In this document: positions 42,639 through 54,125 of the stretch, one piece after another
Numbering within the stretch: the stretch's first letter is position 1
Layout of the letters: every line of letters starts with the position of its first letter
DNA from: Octopus vulgaris
Taxonomy: Eukaryota
DNA: 64,000 bases
Direction: 5' to 3'
Assembly: GCA_951406725.2 (NCBI GenBank)
Contig: OX597815.1
Span: 140,802,001-140,866,000 of the forward strand
Translations under genes and position numbers: made by a program
Notes under the pieces: model-generated
What the model was told of the DNA's origin: nothing
The model's database searches: none
Seen by the model: the letters and a program-made list of their open reading frames with translations, nothing else

Positions 42639-42761
42639 GCATATATGTACACAGACATGACGGAAGTAAATAGACAACCCGCAAAACATCGCTTTATGTT
42701 TATTTTCACTTGTAAAAGTTAATATTTTTTATTGATTGGCATTTTTATGCTTCAGATCCTA

Positions 42762-42934
42762 TATGTGATTCTACAGTTCTATATTTAAAAGATGAGGAAT
42801 TTTGTACTTCATTTACATTTGACGGATATTTGTCCTCATCTTTTTTGTTGCTAACACAACGTTTCGCCTGACATACCCTCCAGTCTTCTCAAGTGTCTTG
42901 GGGAAGTTTCGAACCTACTGTATTTTTCGATGTC

Positions 42935-43016
<82 letters not shown>

Positions 43017-43177
43017 TCACTGCTTGAAATCGGACTCGGAACCTTGAGGTTAGTAGCCCACGTTTTTAACCACTACGCCATATGCCCGTGATGGTTAAGA
43101 GAGCGGGCTACTAACCCCAAGATTTCGAGTACGATTCCAGGCAATGACCTGAATAATAATAACAATAATAATAATAA

Positions 43178-43269
<92 letters not shown>

Positions 43270-43443
43270 GCATCGAAAAATACCTTAGGTTCGAATTTTC
43301 CCCAAGACACCTGATGAAGTTCTGGAGGGTATATCAACCGAAACTTTGTGTTAACAACAAAAATGGTGAGGACAAATATCCGTCAAACGTAAATGATGTA
43401 CATAATTCCTTATCTCTTAAATATTGAACTGTAGAGTCACATA
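42762..43443. mobile_element. Head-to-head inverted dimer of a tRNA-head / (TAA)n / hammerhead element
   Basis: The two arms of about 320-360 bp are diverged reverse complements centred near 43085. Each has a tRNA-like head (tggcgtagtggttaa...ggctactaacc...gagtHcgattYc), a TAA tract and an HHR-like tail. Confidence 0.85.
43305..43352 (+). ncRNA. Minimal type-I hammerhead ribozyme motif (partly mutated); mirror copy at about 42853-42898 on minus
   Basis: gacac-CTGATGA-agttctg gagggtatat caacc-GAAA-cttt-gtgtt. The minus copy reads gacac-ttgaga-agactg gagggtatgt caggc-GAAACGTT-gtgtt. Confidence 0.7.
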
Positions 43444-43509
43444 ACAACTAACAAGATGACAAATATACGTCAAATGTAAATAATATCTATATGAGACTGT
43501 TTAATCGCG

Positions 43510-44500
43510 CCTAGTTCAAAAGAAACGTTGGATCTGTGTGGCATTCAAAGAGGCTTTATTGTGGGTCATTCTGAAATCAGTGTAAAATCGCAGAAAATCT
43601 TGGGATCCCGCTTTCTACAGTTAATTCACCAGAGAGAGTAAGAAGTCTACATCATCTCGCTCAGGTCAACCAGGGCTCTCTGGCATGGCCCTTCTCTTTG
43701 CTTAAAGAAATGTGGAGGATAATCCTCGTTGGAAGTCTTCTGACATAGCAGATCGAGTTGATGTCAGTTCCAGAACAGCTGTCAGCTATTTCCACAAACT
43801 TGGTTACTATGGCAGAGCAGCAAGAAGCACGCCACCTCTTCGACCAGTACACATGAAGCAGAGAAAAGCCTGGGCCATTGAGATGGTGGAAGGGCCATTA
43901 GTATTTTGGGATACTGTCATATTCTCTGATGAATCCAGATTTGCTGTATTTCTTGACAGTGTTTGAGTATGGGTCTAGAGACTCTGTGATCAAGAATTTG
44001 AGACGAAAAGATTGCAGCCGGTAATGAAGCACGGTAGTTATTCCGTGATGGTCTGGGAAGCAATTTGGAGCAATGGCTGATCAAAGCTGGTTGAGATTGA
44101 AGGAAACATAAAGTCAGATAAACGTGCCCATATTGCAGAAAGGACTCCTTCCAATCTTTTCCAGTTGCGAAATGATTAAAGAAGACTCCTTATTTATGGA
44201 AGATGGGGCTCCTTGTCAACGGCTAAAATGACCCAAGATTTGTAGGATGAGAATGATATTAAAAAGTGCCCATGACCAAGCCAGTCACGAGACAGGATTC
44301 CTATTGAACACCTCTGGAACATAAAGGACAGGACACTTCATAAAAAGAAGAAAGCACCTTCAAAGCCAGATCTTTTGAGATTACTGCGTGAAACTTGGCA
44401 AACAATTCCGCAAAAGAACATTCATGATCTCATAAGTAATATGCCTAGTAGAGTCCTTGCATTGAAAAATGCAAATCGTATGTCTACTTGTTATTAGATA
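43510..44500 (+). mobile_element. Tc1-like transposase pseudogene
   Basis: VEDNPRWKSSDIA...LGYYGRAAR...[45 protein letters not shown] (DDE motifs). Stops and frameshifts; TIRs not identified. Confidence 0.9.
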
Positions 44501-46571
44501 TTCCCATTACGACAATTGATAAAGAATTTGAATGTATAATTTCAGATTTAAATAGATGGAAGGAAGTCATAGATAATCAGGGAAAGTACATTGATGATTA
44601 AGTTTCAATTAAATATAACAGTTGGTCATTTGTTTTCTTTATTCAAAATTCGGACAGAACGTATGGGATGACCTGACACATATATTCATTGATCGATTCA
44701 TCTATACATACACTCGCCCACACATATCGCCAGTTATTGAAAACATTGAAGCATGTGGTGGCTGTCGATTCGTTATTCAGTACAGCAATCATATGCTCTT
44801 CCTTCCTCTTCTATTTTCATATGTATGGTATCTGCTACTGATAGACTTTCACTTTGACGATGACGTATACCATTTTGGAAAGACGAATACTCTCGCCCTA
44901 CACAACGTAAAGTTTTCAATGGGGGTGTAGCATCATTATTGCTCCCGCACACACTACACAGTTAGCGTATATGTAGGATGTTGCTATGGGTGAGTATGAT
45001 ATAGAACTAGTGGCAGTTCATTGTCACAGAAGAAAACGATATACTATTACGAAAACGATAACTCCGCCTCCGTTTCTGGTTTCTTAATTTGGGCTGCAAA
45101 AGTGAGGCACTAGAGTGATAACGCATCAAATAAACAAATGCTTCTGTGCTACGAGAGCCGTTATCTAAACAGTTAAAATATTTCAGCTGGTAAGACAGAA
45201 TAAATAAATAACGAATAACCTCCCACTCACCCAAGGTTCCAGTAAGAGAATTCTTCTTACATGTGCATCTATATACACATGTAAATATATATATAATTGT
45301 GTCTGAACATATGCATATTACAGATACGCAGTTGGCTCACTTAAGTTCATTCATATTTATCATGCTTTGTGTTTGTATGCCTCTAAGTCTTCGAAAGTTA
45401 TTGTTCCCAACAAGCTGGTTCAGAGGGTTCGCCAATTTATTCGGTGATTACCCGATTAAATCTCATATCGTACTAGGTTAAAACTTAATACTAGTGCCCA
45501 CGAATTACTTAGCATAAAAATGCATGCGTACCACTAAATACATACATACAACCTTAATGCATATATACATTCGTTGATATATAGAAGAATACGTACATGG
45601 AATGAAAACAAGTGTTTAATCAGGATGTATCACAGTTAAATGCAATAAAAAAAACAAATACTCTACCAGCAACTACAGTTGAACAGACTTACAATCAACT
45701 TTGAAACATTTCCGAAAACTATGTGAAATTTGTGTAATGGCAATGCACCAGGAAGAAATAAAATATTTGGCTCCTGGCACTAGATGCCAACGTTCTTCAG
45801 TAAATCGCTAATATGTACATGTAAAAGAACTATGGGAGGTCAGACATGGCACAGTAACCTTTTTCTGTTCTTTCTTTTTTACCTCAGTAGCTAAGAAAAT
45901 CTTGTAGCTAAGAATGAAACACTGGCTTGGCAGATTTTTTTTTCTTGTCTGAAATTTCGTACTATCTTCTCGCAAGTCTTTTCTAAGAAATCTACCAAGA
46001 CAAATTACATGTTCAACAAGATAGTGTATGTTTAACAGGCGAAATAGAAAGTTAGGTGCATTTAATCAACTTTTATCAAAATGCAATTTGAAGTGAGAAA
46101 CCTTGGGATGGTTACTTTAATTATGGAAAAAGAAGTCGATTTAGTTTTCACTCATAAATGTTAAAGTGTCTGTACGCCATACGATTAAATACTAATCTGA
46201 AACGCTCACAAAGTGCTGGTCCACTAAGTGTAGATGTATTTTCCCCCGATTTTATCAATATCTGATGGGCAGTTTTCGAGATAGACATCCCCTGTTTTTT
46301 GCACTAAATTCTGTCACAGTTTATCAAACAAAAGTTCATGTGTTTTGGGTTTGGTGTTACAATATCAACAGAAATCGTTGGAGTTAACAATTTCTTTTTC
46401 ACTCGTCTAAAGGCATGTATTAGGAATATATGACAGCTGAGAAAATCTAGGTTTACTGACAGCTTTTTCAAATAACACAGAGATGGAATTTAATTTTCAT
46501 ATGGATGATATTTCAGATCGTTTCTCTTCAGCATAACGTGAGCTACAATTACAGACAGTCCAGTATTCAAC

Positions 46572-46720
46572 TGGGGTGTCTGGTAGTTATTTTATCGACC
46601 CCGAAATGAGAAAAGGCAAAGCCGACCTCAGTGGAATTTTAACTAAGGACGTAAAGCGGAAGAAATGCAGCTGAGCATTTTTTCCGGTGCAGTCACGATT
46701 TTACCAGCTCGCCGCCTTAA
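46572..46720 (-). mobile_element. SINE family A copy
   Basis: ttttatcgaccccgaaatgagaaaaggcaaagccgacctc...ccagctcgccgcc. Confidence 0.8.
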
Positions 46721-46744
46721 ACATACAGATAATATTATTTCAAA

Positions 46745-46865
46745 TTTTAGCACAAGACCAGCAAGTCCATACAGGGTGTGTCAGTTACATCCAGCCAGTG
46801 TTTAACTGGTACTTATTTTATCAACTCCAAACTGATGAAAGGCAAGGTCGGACTCGTCTGAATTA
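46745..46865 (-). mobile_element. SINE family A partial copy
   Basis: gcacaagacc...ctggtacttattttatcaactcc...gatgaaaggcaaggtc. Confidence 0.6.
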
Positions 46866-47086
46866 AACATGCTGATAATATCAAATATTAACATGATACG
46901 TAGCCTTTCTTAGACACTCCACTGCTACATAACGGTACATTTCATTGGTTAAACTTTTGTAGTGGCAGGTAAGGTTATTATAGCAAATCTTTCTTGAAAC
47001 AAGAAACAATAGCGAGTGTGTGAAGTCGTTAATTATCCAATATGTATCCGAAATGATACGTTAATCAACCAATATGTATCCGATTA

Positions 47087-47503
47087 AGGCGTTAAGCAGG
47101 CAGAAACGTTATCACGCCGGGTGAAGTGCTTAGTGCTATTTCGTCTGCCGTTAAGTTCTGAGTTCAAATTCCGCCGAGATCGTCTTTATCTTTCATTCTT
47201 TCGGGGTCGATAAATTAAGTAGCAGTTACGCCCTGGGGTATTTTGCAATCGACTTAACTCGTTTGTCTGTCCAGGTTTGTCCCCTCTGTGTCTAGCCCCT
47301 TGTGGGCAGTAAAGAAATAGGTATTTCGTCTGCCGTTACGTTCTGAGTTCAAATTCAGCCGAGGTCGACTTTACTTTTCATCCTTTCAGGCTCGATTAAA
47401 TAAGTACCCGTTACGCGCTGGGGTCGATGTAATCGACTTAATCCGTTTGTTTGTCCTTCTGTGTCCCCTCTATGTTTAGCCCCTTGTGGGCAATAAAGAA
47501 ATA
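47087..47503 (+). mobile_element. Tandem dimer of SINE family A with Tx1-like LINE tails
   Basis: Two successive bodies, each ending in tgtcccctct...gccccttgtgggcaRtaaagaaata. Confidence 0.88.
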
Positions 47504-48295
47504 AATATTATATATCCGAAAATTTCGACAGTATATTTTTGTGGAAGGAAACCAGCTAGTTAGAATGTCATTAAATTACTCTCCTTAAAGCAATATATAA
47601 TGCCCTCTCTAGTAATGGCACTTCTTGAAGAAAAACAAAGAGGAAATGCAGGTGATATAGTTTACGGACACACGTGTCAATACAAAAACAGTCGGCAGAT
47701 CATTCCCATCAAAATTTCATGCATCAGGCCTCATATAGTTGTTTGGGACAGAAATTATGCCTAAACATAATGACCAGTTGTCCTGTCCTGCTGATATGAG
47801 ACTTTAACCTGAAATCAGTAGGAAGGAGAATATTTGTGGATAACTGTTTCGGAATATCAGTTTCATCAAATTTATAAAATTATATTTCTATCTATAATAA
47901 TTGGAGCACTTGTTTATGTTGCATCATGTGTACCTTACAACCCGCAAGCACGCTGGGGTTTCAGAAAATAGAATCTGCAAGCGGAACAGACAGTCTCACC
48001 TAAAATGAAAACACACACTTTCAGGCACACACATTCACGTACACATCCACGCACAAACACACGCACGCACGCTCCACACCCACACACCCACATACAAGCA
48101 ATTGGATTTCAGTCCAAGTTTCTGTAAGTTTGATTCGTGTTGTGGATACATCAATAATAACATGTCTGTGGAATACTGAGTCACTTATCCATTTATTTAA
48201 CATTTTCGATATTCATGTGATCGAAAAACTGACTCGACGTATGCACACACGAACAGTGGGCAATTAATATTGATTAAAATATAGATGGATCTACT

Positions 48296-48714
48296 CAGGG
48301 CCGGATTAAGACCTATCAAGCACTTAAAAGATTGTGGTGCCCTCATAAAAGATTATGTAATTCAAACAATAAACAATAAGAAACCACAAAATAAATGTTT
48401 ATTTTTCAAAACGAAACAAAACAGTAAGAGGGAAAGTAATGTTTAGTTTTGTATACTTCCAATTTATTTACGTCTGAAAAGTTTCCTCCTACTTTTTTTG
48501 AATTGAAAAGTCTTTGATCGGATCCTCAAATTTAATCTTAGGTAACACATCTGCATCTATACTTAGTAGAAATAATGGCATCCTGAATATTTGTTTAGCA
48601 AGTTTAAAATAGTTTCTTTTGTGTCGTAAACTATTTACCATTTCTGTGGTGCCCCCTCCTTCCCTTGATGCCCTAAGCACGTGTTTATTTTGCTTAATGG
48701 TTAATGCAGCGCTG
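48296..48714 (-). mobile_element. Non-autonomous hAT transposon remnant
   Basis: Imperfect TIRs cagggccggattaa / ttaatgcagcgctg. Minus strand gives LRHKRNYF...LFLLSIDADVLPKIKFEDPIKDFSIQKK (hAT C-terminal dimerisation-like). Degenerate 8-bp flanks gatctact / tttctacc. Confidence 0.75.
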
Positions 48715-50894
48715 TTTCTACCAACGTCTGCCATATGTTTGAATAATGTTTAATTGCTTGTATATGCATGTAAGACTGCACATATTTGTATATTATGCAA
48801 AAGCAACTCATATAAACATTATTTTTTTGTCTTAAACATGTCATAAGCAATGTATTCCATTACACCCCTGTCAAAATGTCATCCCTATTCATTAGTCACT
48901 TCACATTGTAGTTTATTCAAGAGGGAACGTCATATTAATGCTACATCTCATTGTCCGCAAAACCTAGTTTCATCTCCCAGGCACGTACGTTATTGTGAAA
49001 GAAACGAATCGTGGGAGGTGGATCGTGGACATCTTTTAAAAACCAGACTCATGACCTAAATAGAGGCGTGGCAGAGCGATTGATAATTAATTTATAACAT
49101 TCATCGTAGGCAGGTTATACATTGGGTATATTACGCAGGGGTATGCAGATAATAATAATGATAATGATGATGTTGATAATAATGATAATGATAATGATAA
49201 TGATGTTCCTAATAATAATGATGATGATGTTTATGATGATAATGATATTGACCTATGTTGATGATAAAAATGATAATGGTGATGTTGATGATGATAGTTA
49301 TAATGATGATGACAATGATTATGATATTGATGATGATGATGCGGAGGAGGAGGTGAAGGAGGTAGAAGCACCTGAAAAATCATGCCGGTTTTAATAAATT
49401 CCTGTCCAAACTCTCAGATAGTTTTGACGAGAAACCAGTAAATAATAGAACTTGTACGTTTTACACCGTACTACTAGAAATAGCAGCAAACTATACCTGA
49501 AATCACGTTACTTTTTCCTACAGGAAATTACACAGTATTCCACCGAAAAGAGAGTTATTGTAGAAGACAGCTTCTAACCAGATATTATTCCATATTTTCA
49601 AGGAATGCATCATAACTGAGATTATCTCATGCATCAAAACACAGTTTCGGAGATTATTTGCATCGTTTTTAGAATATATTCCGAAAAAAGTAGAAAAAAA
49701 AATCAAAAACAAACAAAATTTGGAATTGACGTACAGGTGCGGAATAATTCGGTTCCTTTCAAGATGGAACGAAGACAAAATACGTAATAATTCGTTTTTG
49801 TAACCAATTACTAAAAATATCTCTTGGCAATGTATTAGTTTTGAGGTATTCAGTAAAGATTAAGATAAATAAACAAATATATAGTACTGCTTAAATTTCC
49901 GAGTTTATTTTACAGAAGATGGAAAATAAAAATAATTGAACAAAAAAGGAAAAATAGAGAAAAAAATTTCTAAATCGATTTGGCGAACATACATTTCTTT
50001 GTGAATCATTTGCATTTTTCCTCTGTCTGCACATACCTACTACTTGGTCCAGACGTAATGTAATAAGAAGCTGAAATTATGTATTTTGGGATGAAAAAAG
50101 GTATCTTGCCCCTCAATATTCAGCGTATGCGTCATTCAAAAATATATATAAATCACAGACACGACTATATTTCTGTGTAAAGTATGTAGGTATATGTTTA
50201 GTAACTTTCCTTTTTCTATTTTCCTCGTGAATCTAGCATCCGCTTTGAATTTCAGTATATTTACATTCTAGTGCAATCTATTGTCAAATCTTGCAAGTTT
50301 TCTTTACCGGAAAATAAATGTAAACGTACATACAATATCCTACATATCAAATTATGTAAACATATATTCACACATACATACATAACTACATACATACACA
50401 CACATACACATATATGTATTACATACTTACATGCATACATACACTCACACATACACACATACACATATATGTATGCATGCATGCATATATACATAAAATT
50501 CAACACAGGGAATATAGGTAACACGTTCCCATATATTCTTCAATCCAGTACAAACATAACGAACCAAATATTGTTGTTTGAGACTGCAAAGCAATGTATG
50601 TAGTGTCATAGAGTTGAGATGCTGATGTAAATATCTCTTCGAACGTAAACGAGAGAAAGGATGACTACGGGAAACTGCTTCGAAACATTCAGTTTATACC
50701 ATCTTCCGTCTTTCATTTGCTATATATATAGTAAATGAAAGACAAAAGATAGAATATACGAGAATTTAATATTATTCACGACAATTGTTTCGGCACGTCT
50801 AACTTCGATTCCTCTTCGTTGGGATACTCAACAGCTGGTTCAGGAGCATCCGGTGTAAACCATTCTTTGTGTTCTCTCACTCTCCTCTCCTCTC

Positions 50895-50935
<41 letters not shown>

Positions 50936-51139
50936 ATATATATATATATATAAAATACAAAATGCGAGAAAAACTCAAAACATCCAGACAGTTAGGTGAT
51001 ACAAAAAGGGGACAACAAAACATCCATATAGACGATACAAAGAAAACAAGGACGAAAAAATACGGAGAATGTTACACAAATACAATTAACAGGACATAAC
51101 TACAGGTGTCTTTCGAATGAGGACGAATTAAACTAAGCA

Positions 51140-51250
<111 letters not shown>

Positions 51251-52578
51251 TGAGAAAGTTGGTTTGTGAAAGCACTTGGTTGAATATATAGAAAATAGTA
51301 AGAAGTGAAAAAACTACAGAAGGCTTGTTTTAAAAGGTTAAAAAATATATATTTGTGTCAATATGTTTGAAGAATGTTATCAATTTTTTTCTTACAATGA
51401 CATTGTATTTCCGAAATACCATTCCGAAATACAACAATATCTGTTTCAACACACGACTTCACATAAAAAAAACCTGCACAACAAATATATGTATATATAT
51501 GCCTATATATGTGTGTGTGTGTGTGTGCGTACTTGCTTACGTGTTTGTGCGCGTGTATGTGTAAATACTTTGTCGGAGGTTTTGCGTCAAAGACATACAT
51601 ATATATGTATATCTCAAATTGCATCTGAAAGACATCCCCGAAACATAAACATCCTTAATGTAACCTCTATTTAATAATTTTATTTGTCCGCATTACTTTA
51701 CTTCTCTCATGACATATGCTTCTTTGAATGTAACACATTACCGCAACTTTCATTTAAATTCATCCCATATTTCCAATATTGGATTTCTAATGTCCTCAAA
51801 CTGAGAAATTTTGATAATTAATTCTCTAGCGCTCACATCATCCATATTTAATCCAACATATTAAATAATTAAAAACATACTATTGGTAACCTCACATAAA
51901 CAGGGTGGGTTCTGCATTTTGGAGTTTCAAATGACATCAAAATTCTCTACAGTGTCCCCTCGGAAATTGGCTGCTTATGTATTCATGTGTGTATATATAT
52001 ATATATATAAAGAGCATGAAAACCCTAAGAAACCTAAGGTTTTGTTATCCGTGAAAGATAAATTTGATCTTGTGAAAATTTAAATAAGTTTACATGTCAT
52101 GTAGGAGAGCAAATATATATTAGTAGCGTCAGCAGAAAATAAGCATTTAGCAAAAGATTGGTTTTGAAATTCCAAGGTTGGTACAATTTTATTGAGAACC
52201 ATCTTGTTTCTATCGTCAAAACCCGTATGTACACTGCAAATTTATACAATTTTTTCTTATAAAACACATGGCACATACGGACTTATATGTCGGTATAAAC
52301 TCATCCGAATATGTTCGCGTACTCTTACTTCCACTTCCACATGCTACTGTTAATCTCTCTCACGGTCACACATACAGAATTATAAATTAATGTAATTGAC
52401 CAATAATTAATATCTACGCATCTGTACTGATAATGCCGAATAAAATTTTGAAAAGCAAGTGGGTAGAACATGAAATTAGTAACATAATAAATGCTTGGTA
52501 TGCTTATCATAACGATGATGAATCAGACAATATTTATAATATAATCGTTGGAAAATTAGCTTGACTTTCTATTTTCAG

Positions 52579-52794
52579 AAAGCATAAACAAAATGAAAAT
52601 AAAATCAACAAAAGATCCAGAGGATTGCACACACGTACATGACAACGCTAAAAGCTTTAATGGCCAATGTATTAAAAGTATCACCTCACACTCGTATGAA
52701 CAGGTCAGAGGGCTTATCAACAACCCGTTACACAGCAGTAAATAGCGCTCGCCATTTTCACCCTGCGTCTTCATTTCATCCATCCCCTACTTCA
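52579..52794 (+). other. Candidate spliced exon
   Basis: Acceptor ttgactttctattttcag| and donor ttca|gtaagt. Could be a terminal frame SINKMKIK...HSYEQVRGLINNPLHSSK* or an ATG (52639) frame MTTLKALMANVLKVSPH...PSPTS. Confidence 0.25.
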
Positions 52795-53033
52795 GTAAGT
52801 TTGAATTCTCTATAACAGATAACTATCACTACCACAGTTCAGGATTCGCTTGACCTGCAACAAGTCTTCTACTACTACCACAATAGGAACATTGACCACC
52901 GATCTTTCGTAATGTCAGTATAGAAAAACATATTCTACTTCCAAAACTTCTTACCACACAGCCACGCCTGCGCCTGTATCATGCATGTGTGTGTTTACAT
53001 ACATACATACATACATACACACACACACAAGCA

Positions 53034-53116
<83 letters not shown>

Positions 53117-53708
53117 ATGTTGTGTTCTTGAGCAAGACACTTTATTTCACGTTGCTCCAGTTCACTCAGCTGTAGAAATGAGTTGCGACGTAGGTGCCAA
53201 GCTGTATCGACCTTTGTCTTTCCCTTGGATAACACTGGTGGCGTGGAGAGGGGAGGCCGGTATGCATGGGCGACTACTGGTCTTCCATAAAAAACAACCT
53301 TGCCCAGACTTGTGCCTCAGGGGGTAACTCTCTAGGTGCAAACCCATGGTCACTCATGACCGAAGGGGGTCTTTGATGGTGTTGACCGATGGCTCAGTGA
53401 TTAGAGCATCGGGATGACAATCATAAGATTGTGAATTCGATACCCGGACCGGGCTGTGTGCTGTGTTCTGAAACAAGACCCTTTATTTCACAGTCCACCC
53501 AGCTGCAGATGAGGTACGACATCACTGGTGTCAAGCTGAATCGGCTTTTGCTTTTTCCTTGGATAACAACGGTTGCGTGGAGACGGGAGGCTGGTATGCA
53601 TGGGCGACTGCTAGTCTTACATAAACATCCTCGCCCGGACTTGTGCCTCGGAGAAGAGGTTTCTAGGTACAATCCCATAGTCATCGATGACCGAAGGGGT
53701 TCTTTACC
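53117..53708 (+). mobile_element. Two tandem SINE family C-like copies
   Basis: Repeated block ...cttggataaca...ggtatgcatgggcgact...gacttgtgcctc...tgaccgaagggg. The second copy has the tRNA head gatggctcagtgattagagc...gaattcgatacc. Confidence 0.8.
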
Positions 53709-53814
53709 CATATCCATATGTGTGTATGTGTGGGTGTGTGAACACACAGCGACATATACATGCATTCATAAATATACAGATATGCATGTTGATGTATGTA
53801 CATTCTTTCATTCT

Positions 53815-54125
53815 TCTATTCTTTTAATTGTTTCAGTCATTTTATCGTGGCCATGCTGGAGCACCACCTTTTAATTGAAGAAATCAACCCCACGTACTTA
53901 CACTATCGGTCTCTTTGCCGAACGGGGACGTAATCACACCAACATTGGTTGTCAAACGATGAATGGGAGACACAAACACAGTCACAAAAACACACATGTA
54001 AATACACACACACACACACACATACACGACAGGCTTCATTTCCGTTTCCATCTACCAAACCCTCTAACAAGGTTTTGGTCGGCCCGAGGCTACAGTAGAC
54101 AACATTTGCTGAAGGTGCCACGGAG
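53815..54125 (-). mobile_element. SINE family B copy
   Basis: gtttcagtcatt...ggccatgctggagcacc...ggttttggtcggcccgaggctacagtagac...aaggtgccacg. Confidence 0.85.

Noticed and set aside
43015-43150. tRNA genes
   Set aside because: The acceptor stem is not intact and the heads are fused to repeat bodies, so they are SINE heads.
50785-50850. Minus-strand CTGTTGA...GAAACAATTGTC motif
   Set aside because: Stem I does not pair. Possibly a decayed PLE end but not supportable.
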